From assembly GCA_946965045.2 (NCBI GenBank), contig OX337234.1, forward strand, positions 1,612,001 through 1,676,000: a DNA stretch of 64,000 bases, read 5' to 3'. The translations under genes and the position numbers were made by a program. Below the pieces are notes generated by a model. It ran no database searches. It was not told the DNA's origin and was given only the letters and a program-made list of their open reading frames with translations. Below, one piece after another: positions 47,088 through 57,197 of this stretch. Numbering within the stretch: position 1 is the stretch's first letter; every line of letters begins with the position of its first letter. Source of the DNA: Epithemia pelagica (lineage: Eukaryota; Protista; Bacillariophyta).

Positions 47088-48965
47088 TTAACCTTGCACT
47101 TGGTGCGAGGTGGTGGTTGTGACTGAGGGATGTTGTTCGCCTTGGAGAAGGACGCCAGGTGGTTGATGGGATGGTTGCGGGTGGTCGTCCTTGGTGGTTG
47201 GGTCCTTGGTGGTGGAGGGTGGCACTTGGTAATGAGTGCCCGTTTCCACGGCAATTCGTTCTTTCACCTCACTGGACATGCCGTGTTCGACAATTTGACA
47301 GCCACACACGGGTTCGTCCGGATCGGGTACAATGGTATACAAGTCTCGAAATTGCACAAACAATTGTCCAAACAAGGCTTGCCAGATACTGTGCAATCGA
47401 TTCGAGGCCTGGACACTAAATTTGGTGACATAATCGGCGGCCGCTTGCGGGCTTTGGGAGTTGTACAAGAGGAGAGCCTTTTGATCCACTTGTTTAATCA
47501 ATTGTTCATGATAGACTTGGAGGGAGTCAATTTTGCGTCGAACAATGGGATACACCTTGTTCCATTGGGCATAACAGTAATTGGACACGACATTTTGGAC
47601 CCAAAAGGCCTTGCTCCAATCAAAGTGCAGCAGCGGTGTGCGGACCCCATCTTGGGCGCCTTGACCAGCATAGGGGTGGGCAATGCGGGTGCTGGCGGAA
47701 TAAATGGGAACTCGCGGTGCCATACTGGAATCATCGGCGGCAAACCAAATCAATCCACTCAACAATGGTGGCATCCAGGGCCGAATTTGGGCCACAAAGG
47801 ACCATCCCGTTTGCGGAACGGCAATACTCCGTTCATTGTGATAGGAGGTTCCATTCCAATCCCACATCAAGGGACGAGGACGATACGGAGAGGCATCCAA
47901 ACCACTTCCGACATCGCGACTGGCATCCAAGACGGTATCTTCATAGTGCGAGGTCAAGAGTTTCATCACGTCGTGGACGGACAACAACCGGTAGGGTTGT
48001 ATCGACAAGGGCATGCGATGCGTCAACTCCAACCCCATGGCATGCTTTTGATACAATTGCGAAAAGTTGCTGGCCGGATCGCTAATGTGGGAAAAAATGG
48101 ACCAGACTCGGGCTTCGCCATGTCGGGCACTGCCAAAATCCATGGGATCAAAGGCCTGCGCAAAGTCAAAGTCGTGGGGATCCGCGTCGGCCGCATACAA
48201 GCCATAATGAATGGCCACGTCCACAACGTCGGGTGCATACAAACAATTTTCCGAATCCTCCCAATCCCAGGTGGTAATTCGTGCTTGATTGGCATGGGCG
48301 GCGACATGACCATTGGGAATGCGTTGGGCGACCCAGACGGCACCGCGTTTTCCATAGGTCATGCCGCGTCCCACCACTTCCATCATCCAAACTTGTCCCG
48401 TGGTGGAATCCATGAGGGAAAAGGATTCGCCACTGGAATAATAGCCATACTCATCCAACAAGGCGGCCATGACGGCAATGGCTTGTCGACAAGTCTGGGC
48501 CCGTTGCAGGGTAATGTAAATCAAGGATCCATAATCCAACGTACCATTGGTTTGCCGCAAAAAGTCCCATCCTCCAAAGGTCGATTCACCAATGACCAAC
48601 CCATGTTCATTCGTATTGCCCACAACCTGGTAGGTTTCCGAAACTTCGGCAATGTCTCCCAAGTACACGCCGGTATCCCAATCGTAAATGGACCGCATCG
48701 TTGGATTTGTTGTACTGCTGTTGTTGCTGGAATTGGTGGCGGGATACTGATAAATGGTTCCATACAAATTGGCACTGTCGGCATTGTAGGCAATCATGGC
48801 CGACGAATCCTTGGACGCACCCGGTGTTACCAATATATCCGTACACGCATGACAAAGACCACCACCACCCTGCTTCGTCGACGGAAACCAACCGAGGACA
48901 ATTCCCACAAGGACTACCCACCCGAGGCGGCTGTTGCTGTTGCTGCTGCGGAACAAGCGAGGCAT
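47088..48965 (-). CDS. Peptidase C69 family (dipeptidase/secernin-like Ntn hydrolase) with a hydrophobic leader
   Basis: HACTDILVTPGAS (nucleophile Cys), NTNEHGLVIGESTFGG, YGYYSSGESFS, WMMEVVG, HANQARI. The likely ATG is 48965. Confidence 0.9.
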   Translation of the reverse strand: MPRLFRSSNSNSRLGWVVLVGIVLGWFPSTKQGGGGLCHACTDILVTPGASKDSSAMIAYNADSANLYGTIYQYPATNSSNNSSTTNPTMRSIYDWDTGVYLGDIAEVSETYQVVGNTNEHGLVIGESTFGGWDFLRQTNGTLDYGSLIYITLQRAQTCRQAIAVMAALLDEYGYYSSGESFSLMDSTTGQVWMMEVVGRGMTYGKRGAVWVAQRIPNGHVAAHANQARITTWDWEDSENCLYAPDVVDVAIHYGLYAADADPHDFDFAQAFDPMDFGSARHGEARVWSIFSHISDPASNFSQLYQKHAMGLELTHRMPLSIQPYRLLSVHDVMKLLTSHYEDTVLDASRDVGSGLDASPYRPRPLMWDWNGTSYHNERSIAVPQTGWSFVAQIRPWMPPLLSGLIWFAADDSSMAPRVPIYSASTRIAHPYAGQGAQDGVRTPLLHFDWSKAFWVQNVVSNYCYAQWNKVYPIVRRKIDSLQVYHEQLIKQVDQKALLLYNSQSPQAAADYVTKFSVQASNRLHSIWQALFGQLFVQFRDLYTIVPDPDEPVCGCQIVEHGMSSEVKERIAVETGTHYQVPPSTTKDPTTKDDHPQPSHQPPGVLLQGEQHPSVTTTTSHQVQG

Positions 48966-49126
48966 TGCTTTGGTCGAGAGAGAGAGAGAGAGAAGGGTGG
49001 TGGTTGGGAGATAGAGAACCAAAGAAGAGAAAAGGACAAGGCCACAAGGGCAATCCGCAATCCGTACAAAGAAACAAGAGAGAGTATCTTTGCCTCTCAT
49101 TTTTCTCTTGAAAATCGGAATTTAGA

Positions 49127-49210
49127 TCGGAAAATAAAATTTATCAGAAGCAAAATGGAAAATATCCATAGTATGTTTTGTAAAAAATCTTGTGGTGGAA
49201 CCAACCATTT
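49127..49210 (+). repeat. ~85-bp dispersed repeat, copy 2
   Basis: Matches the reverse complement of 44694-44787. Confidence 0.85.
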
Positions 49211-50694
49211 TCTGAATTTCCTAGCGTTCATAGTGGGAAAACGGATCGATAAATATTAATCAAGTTTAAAACGATTGCGCTGGATATTATAAAGAGACAA
49301 AGATACCAGACACGCCGTGCGACCGTCGCTCGGAGAGGGGGATCTTTCTGACGGACCACTCGTTGATTCCAAGGAAGGAAGGGCAACAAGGATGATGATG
49401 ATGATGGTGAAGAAGCAGGATGTGTTCGTGTCTAGCGTCCAAAGTGAAATGAGCCGAACGACTGAATGATCCTAGTCACATTCTCCTGCTGGAGCGAATG
49501 AACGATGTGATCCTGTCAACTGAGCGGTGGCTGTTCAACGAGGAGCACCAAAGATCCAAAGAGAGTGTTCACATGGACTTCATTTGATTGGGAGTTTCGA
49601 TGGAAGAAAGATAACTCGCGTGCTATTGTCAAGCTCTCGGTCGCTCGAGACACTGGATGGGCACGGTGATCGAGTACCCGTTGTCAAGGCTTTTGGAGCT
49701 CCATGTCGTTGTTATGGTGGTGGTGGTGGAGTCTCTCTATGGATCCTGTAACAGAATTCTCTCGGTGAGTAAGCTTCATACTGCGTTGTTCTTCCTGTTG
49801 TGGAATGTTCCACTTGGGATGCATTCGTGTTTTGGAGTTCGCCACGTACGATCATCACACACACACACACACACCTACAAACAACCACGAGGAACGAACA
49901 ACACAAACACTGATATAATGAGACAGAATTTACACATGTCGAACCGTTTAGAGGTATTGCAATGCTGAGTGGTATGGTGTGTGTGTGTGTTTGTCCATGG
50001 TGGTGGCCCCAACAAATGCCCCGAAGAGCGGCCCAACCGTGCACGACCAAGATGGAATGGTTGCCCTTCTTGTACCCGTCCAAACAAATCACAATCCACG
50101 GGACGACTCCTGACTTAGGACACCTTCAGAACTCTCTTTTTGTGAGTCATGAGAAGATTCCGTTTTGTTATTCGTACTGTCTGATGGATCTGTTGATTGG
50201 ACGACTGTAAACAGGGGCGGCAATTCTGTTTGGGGTGCACCACGGTTGCTGGAACAACGTGACCAGTGATGAAAAACCTGTTGCCCAATGACTACTGGCA
50301 TCTGCAATTTGTTTTTTTGAAGACTTTTTTTCAACTCAACTTTAATATACACTGAGGTCCTTTTGTTCGGGTTTGGGGGGTCGTGCCGAACACATGGTTT
50401 TGTGTTGCGGTTTCGAGCCAGGAGGCACTCACACAGACTCTTGTTCCATCTTGCATTCTTTTTTTGGTTTCCTTGTCAGATCCAAGTCAACTCATGTTTT
50501 ATCAACTGCACCGGGAGATGCAGGACGTCTCGTCCAGCTTCGTTCCTAGATCATTCTGGTTCTGGTCAAGGGAGAGACGAAGCGAAAACAAATCTTGCTT
50601 CTGTAAGAGCATTCATTCGAGATGCAGTTCTTGGAGGGTTTTCCAGGTTTGATTATGATATCTTTCTGTAATGGCCGGAGCATTCTTTTTCATG

Positions 50695-51547
50695 CTCTAG
50701 TGTCTATTCTACCCCGGTTTGTCCTCATATGAGGACAGCGCTTGTCCTCATATGAGGACAATCCTACTAAAATCATATCTACGTAGACCACAGTAGCTTT
50801 TGTACGAAGCTATCGACAAAAAATGTAACCCAACCATGGGAATCTGCCGTTCTACCAAAAAAATGAACAACTAAAATAGAAAAGTAATAGAGCACAATCA
50901 ACCATTATGTTCTATGTTTATGTGGCAAGACACTACCTGTGTTGGAAAATGCATCCATCCAGTTTATGTAGGGCAAATCCAACCATTTTGTCGAGGGAGT
51001 TCAACTGTCTTCACAGACATTGGCGGATTTGAGTCTCCCACTGCACTTTCCTGGTTCCCTGAAGGTGTCTGTGCTTCCTGTACATGAACTGTTGGGGTGC
51101 AGGAGGCTCAGACGCCGCATTTGACCCTGTATTGGTGTCGAATGCTGTTACGGTCTAAGAATTTTCCTCTGTGGTGATGGAGGCTTGTTTTGGCTGAATT
51201 CTCTCAATCTGATGCCTCAATCAGGCAAAGGACAACTGGTCATCATCACTAGGGATAATAACACTCATCAGGTTGATTGTCTTCTGTTTTATCCCCTCCA
51301 AACACTCAGTTTAGAAAATCACCATCGCTCCAACATGGATGAATTCTGTTTTTGATACTGTATCGTCACTACTCATCACAATTAAAGCATGAGAATATCA
51401 TGGGATACGTTTTCAAGTATGGAGATTACGAATCTGAACTTAAAAACCACTTAGGAGTACATGATTGATTTGATATTCTTCTTTTGAAAGTGTACTCATA
51501 TGAGGATTTGTCCTCATATGAGTACCGGGGTAGAATAGACACTAGAG
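50695..51547. mobile_element. Non-autonomous TIR element (MITE-like, ~850 bp)
   Basis: Perfect 24-bp inverted repeat CTCTAGTGTCTATTCTACCCCGGT (50695-50718 / 51524-51547). Each arm carries two CTCATATGAG palindromes. No internal ORF. Confidence 0.88.
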
Positions 51548-52115
51548 TTGGGACTAGGGGCAGGAGGTAGTTCATCAGATATGCAAGTAGCTCTCTCTAC
51601 ATAACGCGCGTACTAGGTGCGACTGATATTGTGAGGTCAGAGATCCAACAGGTTATGAGACTAAATGAATCAGGACGATGAATCTCCGCTCTCCGCTTCG
51701 CCCTCTCGCGAGATTACAACAACCACGCACGAGCACACCGAAAAACCAAAGACCACGTTCGACCCTTCAAGAGACGCAAAACCGCACGTCCATCATCCAT
51801 CATCACATTATTTTTTTTCGTCTGGTGTGCTCTTGCGTCAAAACGGCCATTGTATTTGTGTGGAGATCGAACGAAAGGTGAGGAAACCCATGCACTTGCA
51901 AACGAAAGCTATGGAGTTCAGGAAGTTCACATGACGATGACTCTGATACTCTGGGAAAGCAGTTGGAGTGTGGACAAGTACTGGTTTGCGCAGCATTGTT
52001 GTGGCGCCCCCCAAAGCGTTCCTGGTCCCACGATTTGGAAGAAGTTTGTCACTCATCTTCTTGTCCTTTTTGTTTCTTTTCATTTCTGTACCTAATTTCT
52101 GCAGATTAAAATACA

Positions 52116-55100
52116 ATGTCGTTGGAAGCAAAATTTGCGGAACTAAAGTTGGACGATGTCCCTTCGATCGTGTCTGCCGTCAAGGCGGACGGCGTCGAAA
52201 AGTCTGGTCTTGCCGCTGGCATGGCGACACTCATTAAGCGTTGCAGTTCCACCGACGAAGCGGAAGCCGTGTCAGCCTTCAAAACGGTAAAGGCATTGGC
52301 AGAAGAATGCCCAGAGTCGCAAGCCTTCACCAAGGATTGTATGACTGCATGTAAGTCCCTCGCCAAATGAAACGCGGCTGTAGGAACGTCGTGGGTGACG
52401 TATTTGCAGAATGTTTTGCACTCTTTGTCGCATGACGACACGCATTACGGGCCTTCTGGATGCGTCCCAAGCATTTGCGTTTGTTTGGACTTGTTTCTCA
52501 TTTTGGTTCTGTCGCTCTTGACAAACTTTAGGCTTGGAACAGGCTCTTTCCAAGAGTGCCGACGTGAGGACCGCCTCCGAGGAGGCTTGCAAAGCGCTTT
52601 GCGAAAAAATCAACCCCTTTGGTATGAAGGCTCTCCTGCCTCACATCTTCCCCAAACTCGCCGTCGAAATCAAGTGGCAAATTCGAGCCCGCGCGTTGAA
52701 CTGCATTACCACATTCACAAAGACAGCACCAAAGCAACTTGGTGATGCTCTTCCGGAAGTTGTTCCTGAAGTCACCGCTTGTATGTGGGACACAAAGAAA
52801 CAGGTCAAGGACGCCGCCTCTGAGGCCATGAAGGGAGCCCTTGGTGTCGTCGGAAACCGTGATATCGAGCACATGACGGGTCAGATTCTCGTGGCCATTA
52901 CCAAGCCTAAGGAAGTACCCGAAATCATGCACAAGATGGCTGGTGTGACGTTTGTTCAATCCGTCGAATCGCCCGCCCTTGCCATGGTTGTTCCTCTGCT
53001 TTTGCGTGGATTGCGCGAGAAAGCGACGGCGACCAAGCGTCAGTCTGCCGTCATTATCAACAACATGAGCAAGCTTGTGGACAATCCTATCGATGCCGCT
53101 CCTTTCCTTCCTCTTCTTCTTCCTGCGCTTGAGACAAACGCATCGAGTATTGCTGACCCAGAAGCTCGCGAAGTGACAGAGCGTGCTGTGGCCCAGTTGA
53201 ACCGTCTCAAGGGACTTGCCGACAAGCAAATGTCTGTTCGTGGAGATATTTCGAAAATCGAAGATGAGTTCAAGAAAGGCTTTGGTATTGAAGACGCTTC
53301 GGGTGGTCTTGAATCCGTTTTGAAATATGCCTCTACGATTGCGACTACGATGATGGACCTTAAATACATGGAGGATTTGCAATGGGAGAAGAATATTGCG
53401 TCTCAATTTGCTGGCTACTTTGACAAGGAGAAGGCCAACGAGAATACCGAAAAGGTTCGTGTGGAAGCAGAGAAAATGCTTGTTATCCCAGAGGAAGAGG
53501 ACGAGGATGACGACGCCGAAGAATTGTGTAACTGCACTTTCACACTGGCGTACGGTACCAAGATTCTTTTGCACAACACCAAGATGAAGCTTAAGCGAGG
53601 AAAGCGATACGGTTTGCTCGGACCAAATGACTGTGGTAAGACGACGCTGATGAGATCTATTGCCAACAACCAAGTCGAAGGTTTCCCGGATGTGGAACAA
53701 GTTCGTACCGTGTTTGTCGAGGCTGATATTCAGGGTGAACAGTCCCATCTCTCCTGTGTCGATTACGTGTGTGCCGATGCCAAGATTCAAGCCTACGGCA
53801 TCCCCAAGGAAGAAGTGCGAAAGGTTCTCGCCACTGTGGGTTTCACTGAGGACGGAAAAGCCAAACCGGATCACGCTGTGTCGACGTTGTCAGGTGGATG
53901 GCGTATGAAGCTCGCTCTTGCCCGTGCTATGCTTCAAAAGGCTGACATTCTTCTTCTTGACGAACCCACAAATCACCTTGACGTGATCAATGTTGCTTGG
54001 GTGAAGAAGTACCTTAACTCTTTGACGGATGTTACGTCCATTATTGTCAGTCACGATTCTGGGTTGTTGAACGACTGCTGTACCAATATCCTTGCATTCG
54101 ATAACTTGAAGCTTCAAACTTACAAGGGTAACCTCGACGAATACGTCAAGATCAACCCTGCCGCTCGTGCGTATTTCTCGCTCACCGCATCCAAGATGAA
54201 GTTCAAATTCCCCCAACCAGGACCAATTGAGGGAGTCAAGTCGAAGGGAAAAGCTTTGATGAAGATGGTGAACTGCACGTTCACATACCCAACGAACACG
54301 AAGCCAACCTTGTTTAACATCAGTGTCCAAGTTTCCTTGAGTTCACGTGTTGCTTGTATTGGAGAAAATGGTGCCGGAAAGTCCACGATGATCAAGCTTT
54401 TGGTTGGAGAGATCGTTCCTCAAGAGGGTGATGTATGGAAGCACCCCAATGCCCGTATCGCTTACGTCGCTCAACATGCATTCCACCACATTGAAGCTCA
54501 CTTGGACAAGACCCCTAATGAGTACATCCGATGGCGTTTCGCAAACGGTGGAGAGGATAAGGAATCACTTGTCAAGACATCCATGCAGTACACAGAAGAA
54601 GAACTTGCTTTGCAAAAGAAGCCGTACGAGCTTCAGATTGTCGATGAAGCCAGTGGTAAAGTCTCGAAGGTGAAGAAGGTCGTCGGTGAGCTCATGGGTG
54701 GCCGTAAGCAAAACAAGAGCAAGGAATACGAGTATGAAGTGCGATATGCTGGATCGACGGTGGAGCATGGTGAGTACCTCCCAGCAAAGACATTGAAAAA
54801 GATGGGATGGGAAAAGGCCATGAAGGCTGTTGATCTTAAGATGGCCCAGCTCGCTGGTATGCTCGCAAAGCCGTTGTCAGCAAAAAATGTGGAAGAGCAC
54901 CTTGAGGGTTGCGGTTTGGCCCGTGAATTTGGAACGCACTATCGTATGTCAGCTCTCTCTGGAGGACAGAAGGTGAAGGTTGTTCTTGCAGCTGCTATGT
55001 GGATGCAACCCCATATCGTCATTCTCGATGAACCAACCAATTACCTTGACCGCGAAAGTCTTGGAGCTCTTGCAGGCGCCATTGAAACATTTGATGGTGG

Positions 55101-55416
55101 TGTGATCATTATTTCCCACAACAACGAATTTGTTGGAAAACTTTGTCCTGAAACGTGGGTGATGGATGCTGGCCATCTCGAGACCAAGGGAGATGCCGAC
55201 TGGATGCTCAAGCAGGACACCAAAATTGAGGATCAAATGCAAATTACGGACATGACTGATGCTGCTGGTAACAAGGTCGAGGTTAAGCAAGAAAAGAAGA
55301 AGCTTTCGAAGAAGGAAGAGAAGGCTCTTATCAAAAAGATCAAGGCCAAGATCAAGGCCGGCGAAGCTCTTGATAGCGATGAAGAAGACTTGGCATACGA
55401 GAAAGAATTGCTCTAA
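52116..55416 (+). CDS. YEF3: Elongation factor 3 (eEF3; HEAT repeats, two ABC cassettes, chromodomain-like insertion); exons 52116-52350 and 52532-55416
   Basis: LAYGTKILLHNT, GPNDCGKTT, LSGGWRMKLALARAML, LLLDEPTNHLD, GENGAGKST, LSGGQKVKVVLAA, ILDEPTNYLDRESLGAL. The 181-bp intron is in frame. The symbol is the yeast ortholog name. Confidence 0.93.
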
Positions 55417-55583
55417 GCTTTTGTTGACAAACGTCATGTTAATGGAATTCACCCCGAGGGAGGGAGATACTCGAAGTTTCCAGAATTTAGATTTCACGTC
55501 CAAGAGTTGTAACTCATAATAGTCCATATTTTATGAAGTTGTGGTGTTCACATTTGAGCAAAGTAGATATGTTATTTTATTCA

Positions 55584-57197
55584 CTACTCTTGAGAATCGA
55601 TGGTTTGAGACTGTGGTCTGGAGTCCTCAGTAACGTAGTTCAATGTATCCGTTTGACTCATAGTATCAACTCCATTTCTCGAAAAGAAACTTGCAACGCG
55701 ATCAATATCGCGGATGAGAAACTCGTCGGCACTGGGGTGTCGGCAACCGACAGATTGGCCAAAATCGATTAGAACTGCTTGAACGTCCGTCAGCGGGTTT
55801 TCAATTGACTCGTCCATGTTCTCTACCATGTGGCCTGGAACGACCATTATGTTGTATTCAGAGAGGTCGCCATGGACAAGCTTTGCTCCAATGTACAGCG
55901 AACGAATGGCATCCAATACTTGTCGATAAAGCGCCTCCCATTTCTTGCTCCCTTTTCGAAAATTCGCTTCACGCAATTGTGGAGCCGGCCAACCTTCTGC
56001 TCCCATGAATCTCATACACAGCATATTTCCTTTAAACATGAGAGGTGTTGGAACTGGAACACCCGCACGATTGGCCCGTATCAAATTTCGAAACTCCTTT
56101 TCCGTCCACAAGTCTAGTTGTTGTCGTTTGCTTGCACTGTTGAACGATCCATCGAACCGTGGGTCTCCATCAACATACTCACCACGGTTCCGGAACTCTT
56201 GAATCCTCTTGAAAATTTTCACGGCGACATCGAAATCACCACTTTCTGAGCCTTTGTCGCCGTGATAGATGACTGCCTCTTTGCCTTCTTTCACGATTCC
56301 GTTCAATTTGTTTATCCAACCGGAATTGATCGCCTTGGTAATGTGCTCAAAAGAAGCCGCATCGAGAGCTCCTCCCTTGGTCCCGTCCGAATCTGATCCA
56401 GCTCGTCCTGTTCCGTGTGTTTGGACTCCTTTCTTTGTTTTGCGCTTCATTGATTTTTGAAAAGAATTAAATGTACGACTTGTAATTCCATTGAATCCCT
56501 CATCTTCCAATCCAAGTCTGTGAATATTTGACTGAGAGTCAAGCGCCCCATCGTGCTTTGTACGTACTTCATGATTGGGTCCAAGAATCGAGTTCTGGTC
56601 TAGCCGTGACCAGACGTGTTCAGATTTTGAATTCATACGGAAGCCAGCTACCAATCCAATGTCCGAATCATGCTGGTCCGGAAAGACGGACGACCCGGCC
56701 TTTTGTTGATACGGTTCATGGAAGTGTCTCTCTTGTGCGTCAAAATTCATGTAGGCGTCCACACATGATTCTTCTTCAGCCTTTAGTTCCGCTCTGGTCA
56801 TGGTTCTTACATTGCCCTGCACCGACGGACGAGACGACGTCACTCCCGGAAGCAGTTGTCTCTGTCTCTGCCATCGCTGATCCTCCTCTTGCATTCGAAG
56901 CGCTAACTGGAGTGACATGGCTTGTTCTTCATCATCGGCTTCTTTTATCGCTCGTTCAATAGCATCGGCTTCTTCCTTTGATATTCCTGTGTATTGGATT
57001 TTGCTTTCAATCGTGGATTGACTTTTCTCATTAGGCATCGTTTCGACGAGCCTGGTACCCTCCGTGTTAACAGTTATGGGTGAACCATCTATGGGTCCCG
57101 GGTCATCCGATTCCCTCAAAGCATTTCGAATTTGCTCCAGTTCCTCTGGAGACAAGAACTTTGAAGCAGCGTTGAGTTGCGAATCCATCTTTGCCAT
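55584..57197 (-). CDS. RIO-family atypical Ser/Thr kinase (RIO1/RIOK3-like)
   Basis: KEGKEAVIYH, VAVKIFK, FRNRGEYVDGDPRF, WTEKEFRNL, LVHGDLSEYNIM, IDFGQSV. Confidence 0.92.
   Translation of the reverse strand: MAKMDSQLNAASKFLSPEELEQIRNALRESDDPGPIDGSPITVNTEGTRLVETMPNEKSQSTIESKIQYTGISKEEADAIERAIKEADDEEQAMSLQLALRMQEEDQRWQRQRQLLPGVTSSRPSVQGNVRTMTRAELKAEEESCVDAYMNFDAQERHFHEPYQQKAGSSVFPDQHDSDIGLVAGFRMNSKSEHVWSRLDQNSILGPNHEVRTKHDGALDSQSNIHRLGLEDEGFNGITSRTFNSFQKSMKRKTKKGVQTHGTGRAGSDSDGTKGGALDAASFEHITKAINSGWINKLNGIVKEGKEAVIYHGDKGSESGDFDVAVKIFKRIQEFRNRGEYVDGDPRFDGSFNSASKRQQLDLWTEKEFRNLIRANRAGVPVPTPLMFKGNMLCMRFMGAEGWPAPQLREANFRKGSKKWEALYRQVLDAIRSLYIGAKLVHGDLSEYNIMVVPGHMVENMDESIENPLTDVQAVLIDFGQSVGCRHPSADEFLIRDIDRVASFFSRNGVDTMSQTDTLNYVTEDSRPQSQTIDSQE

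Noticed and set aside
47130-49259. 709-aa plus-strand ORF (also 44998-46323 minus and 52528-53874 minus)
   Set aside because: Antisense shadows of well-supported genes (peptidase C69, heme oxygenase, EF3), with no motifs of their own.
49300-50690. Several 70-130 aa ORFs between the peptidase and the MITE
   Set aside because: No motifs or consistent splice structure; 50089-50480 (minus) may be a decayed coding remnant, but I cannot support a call.
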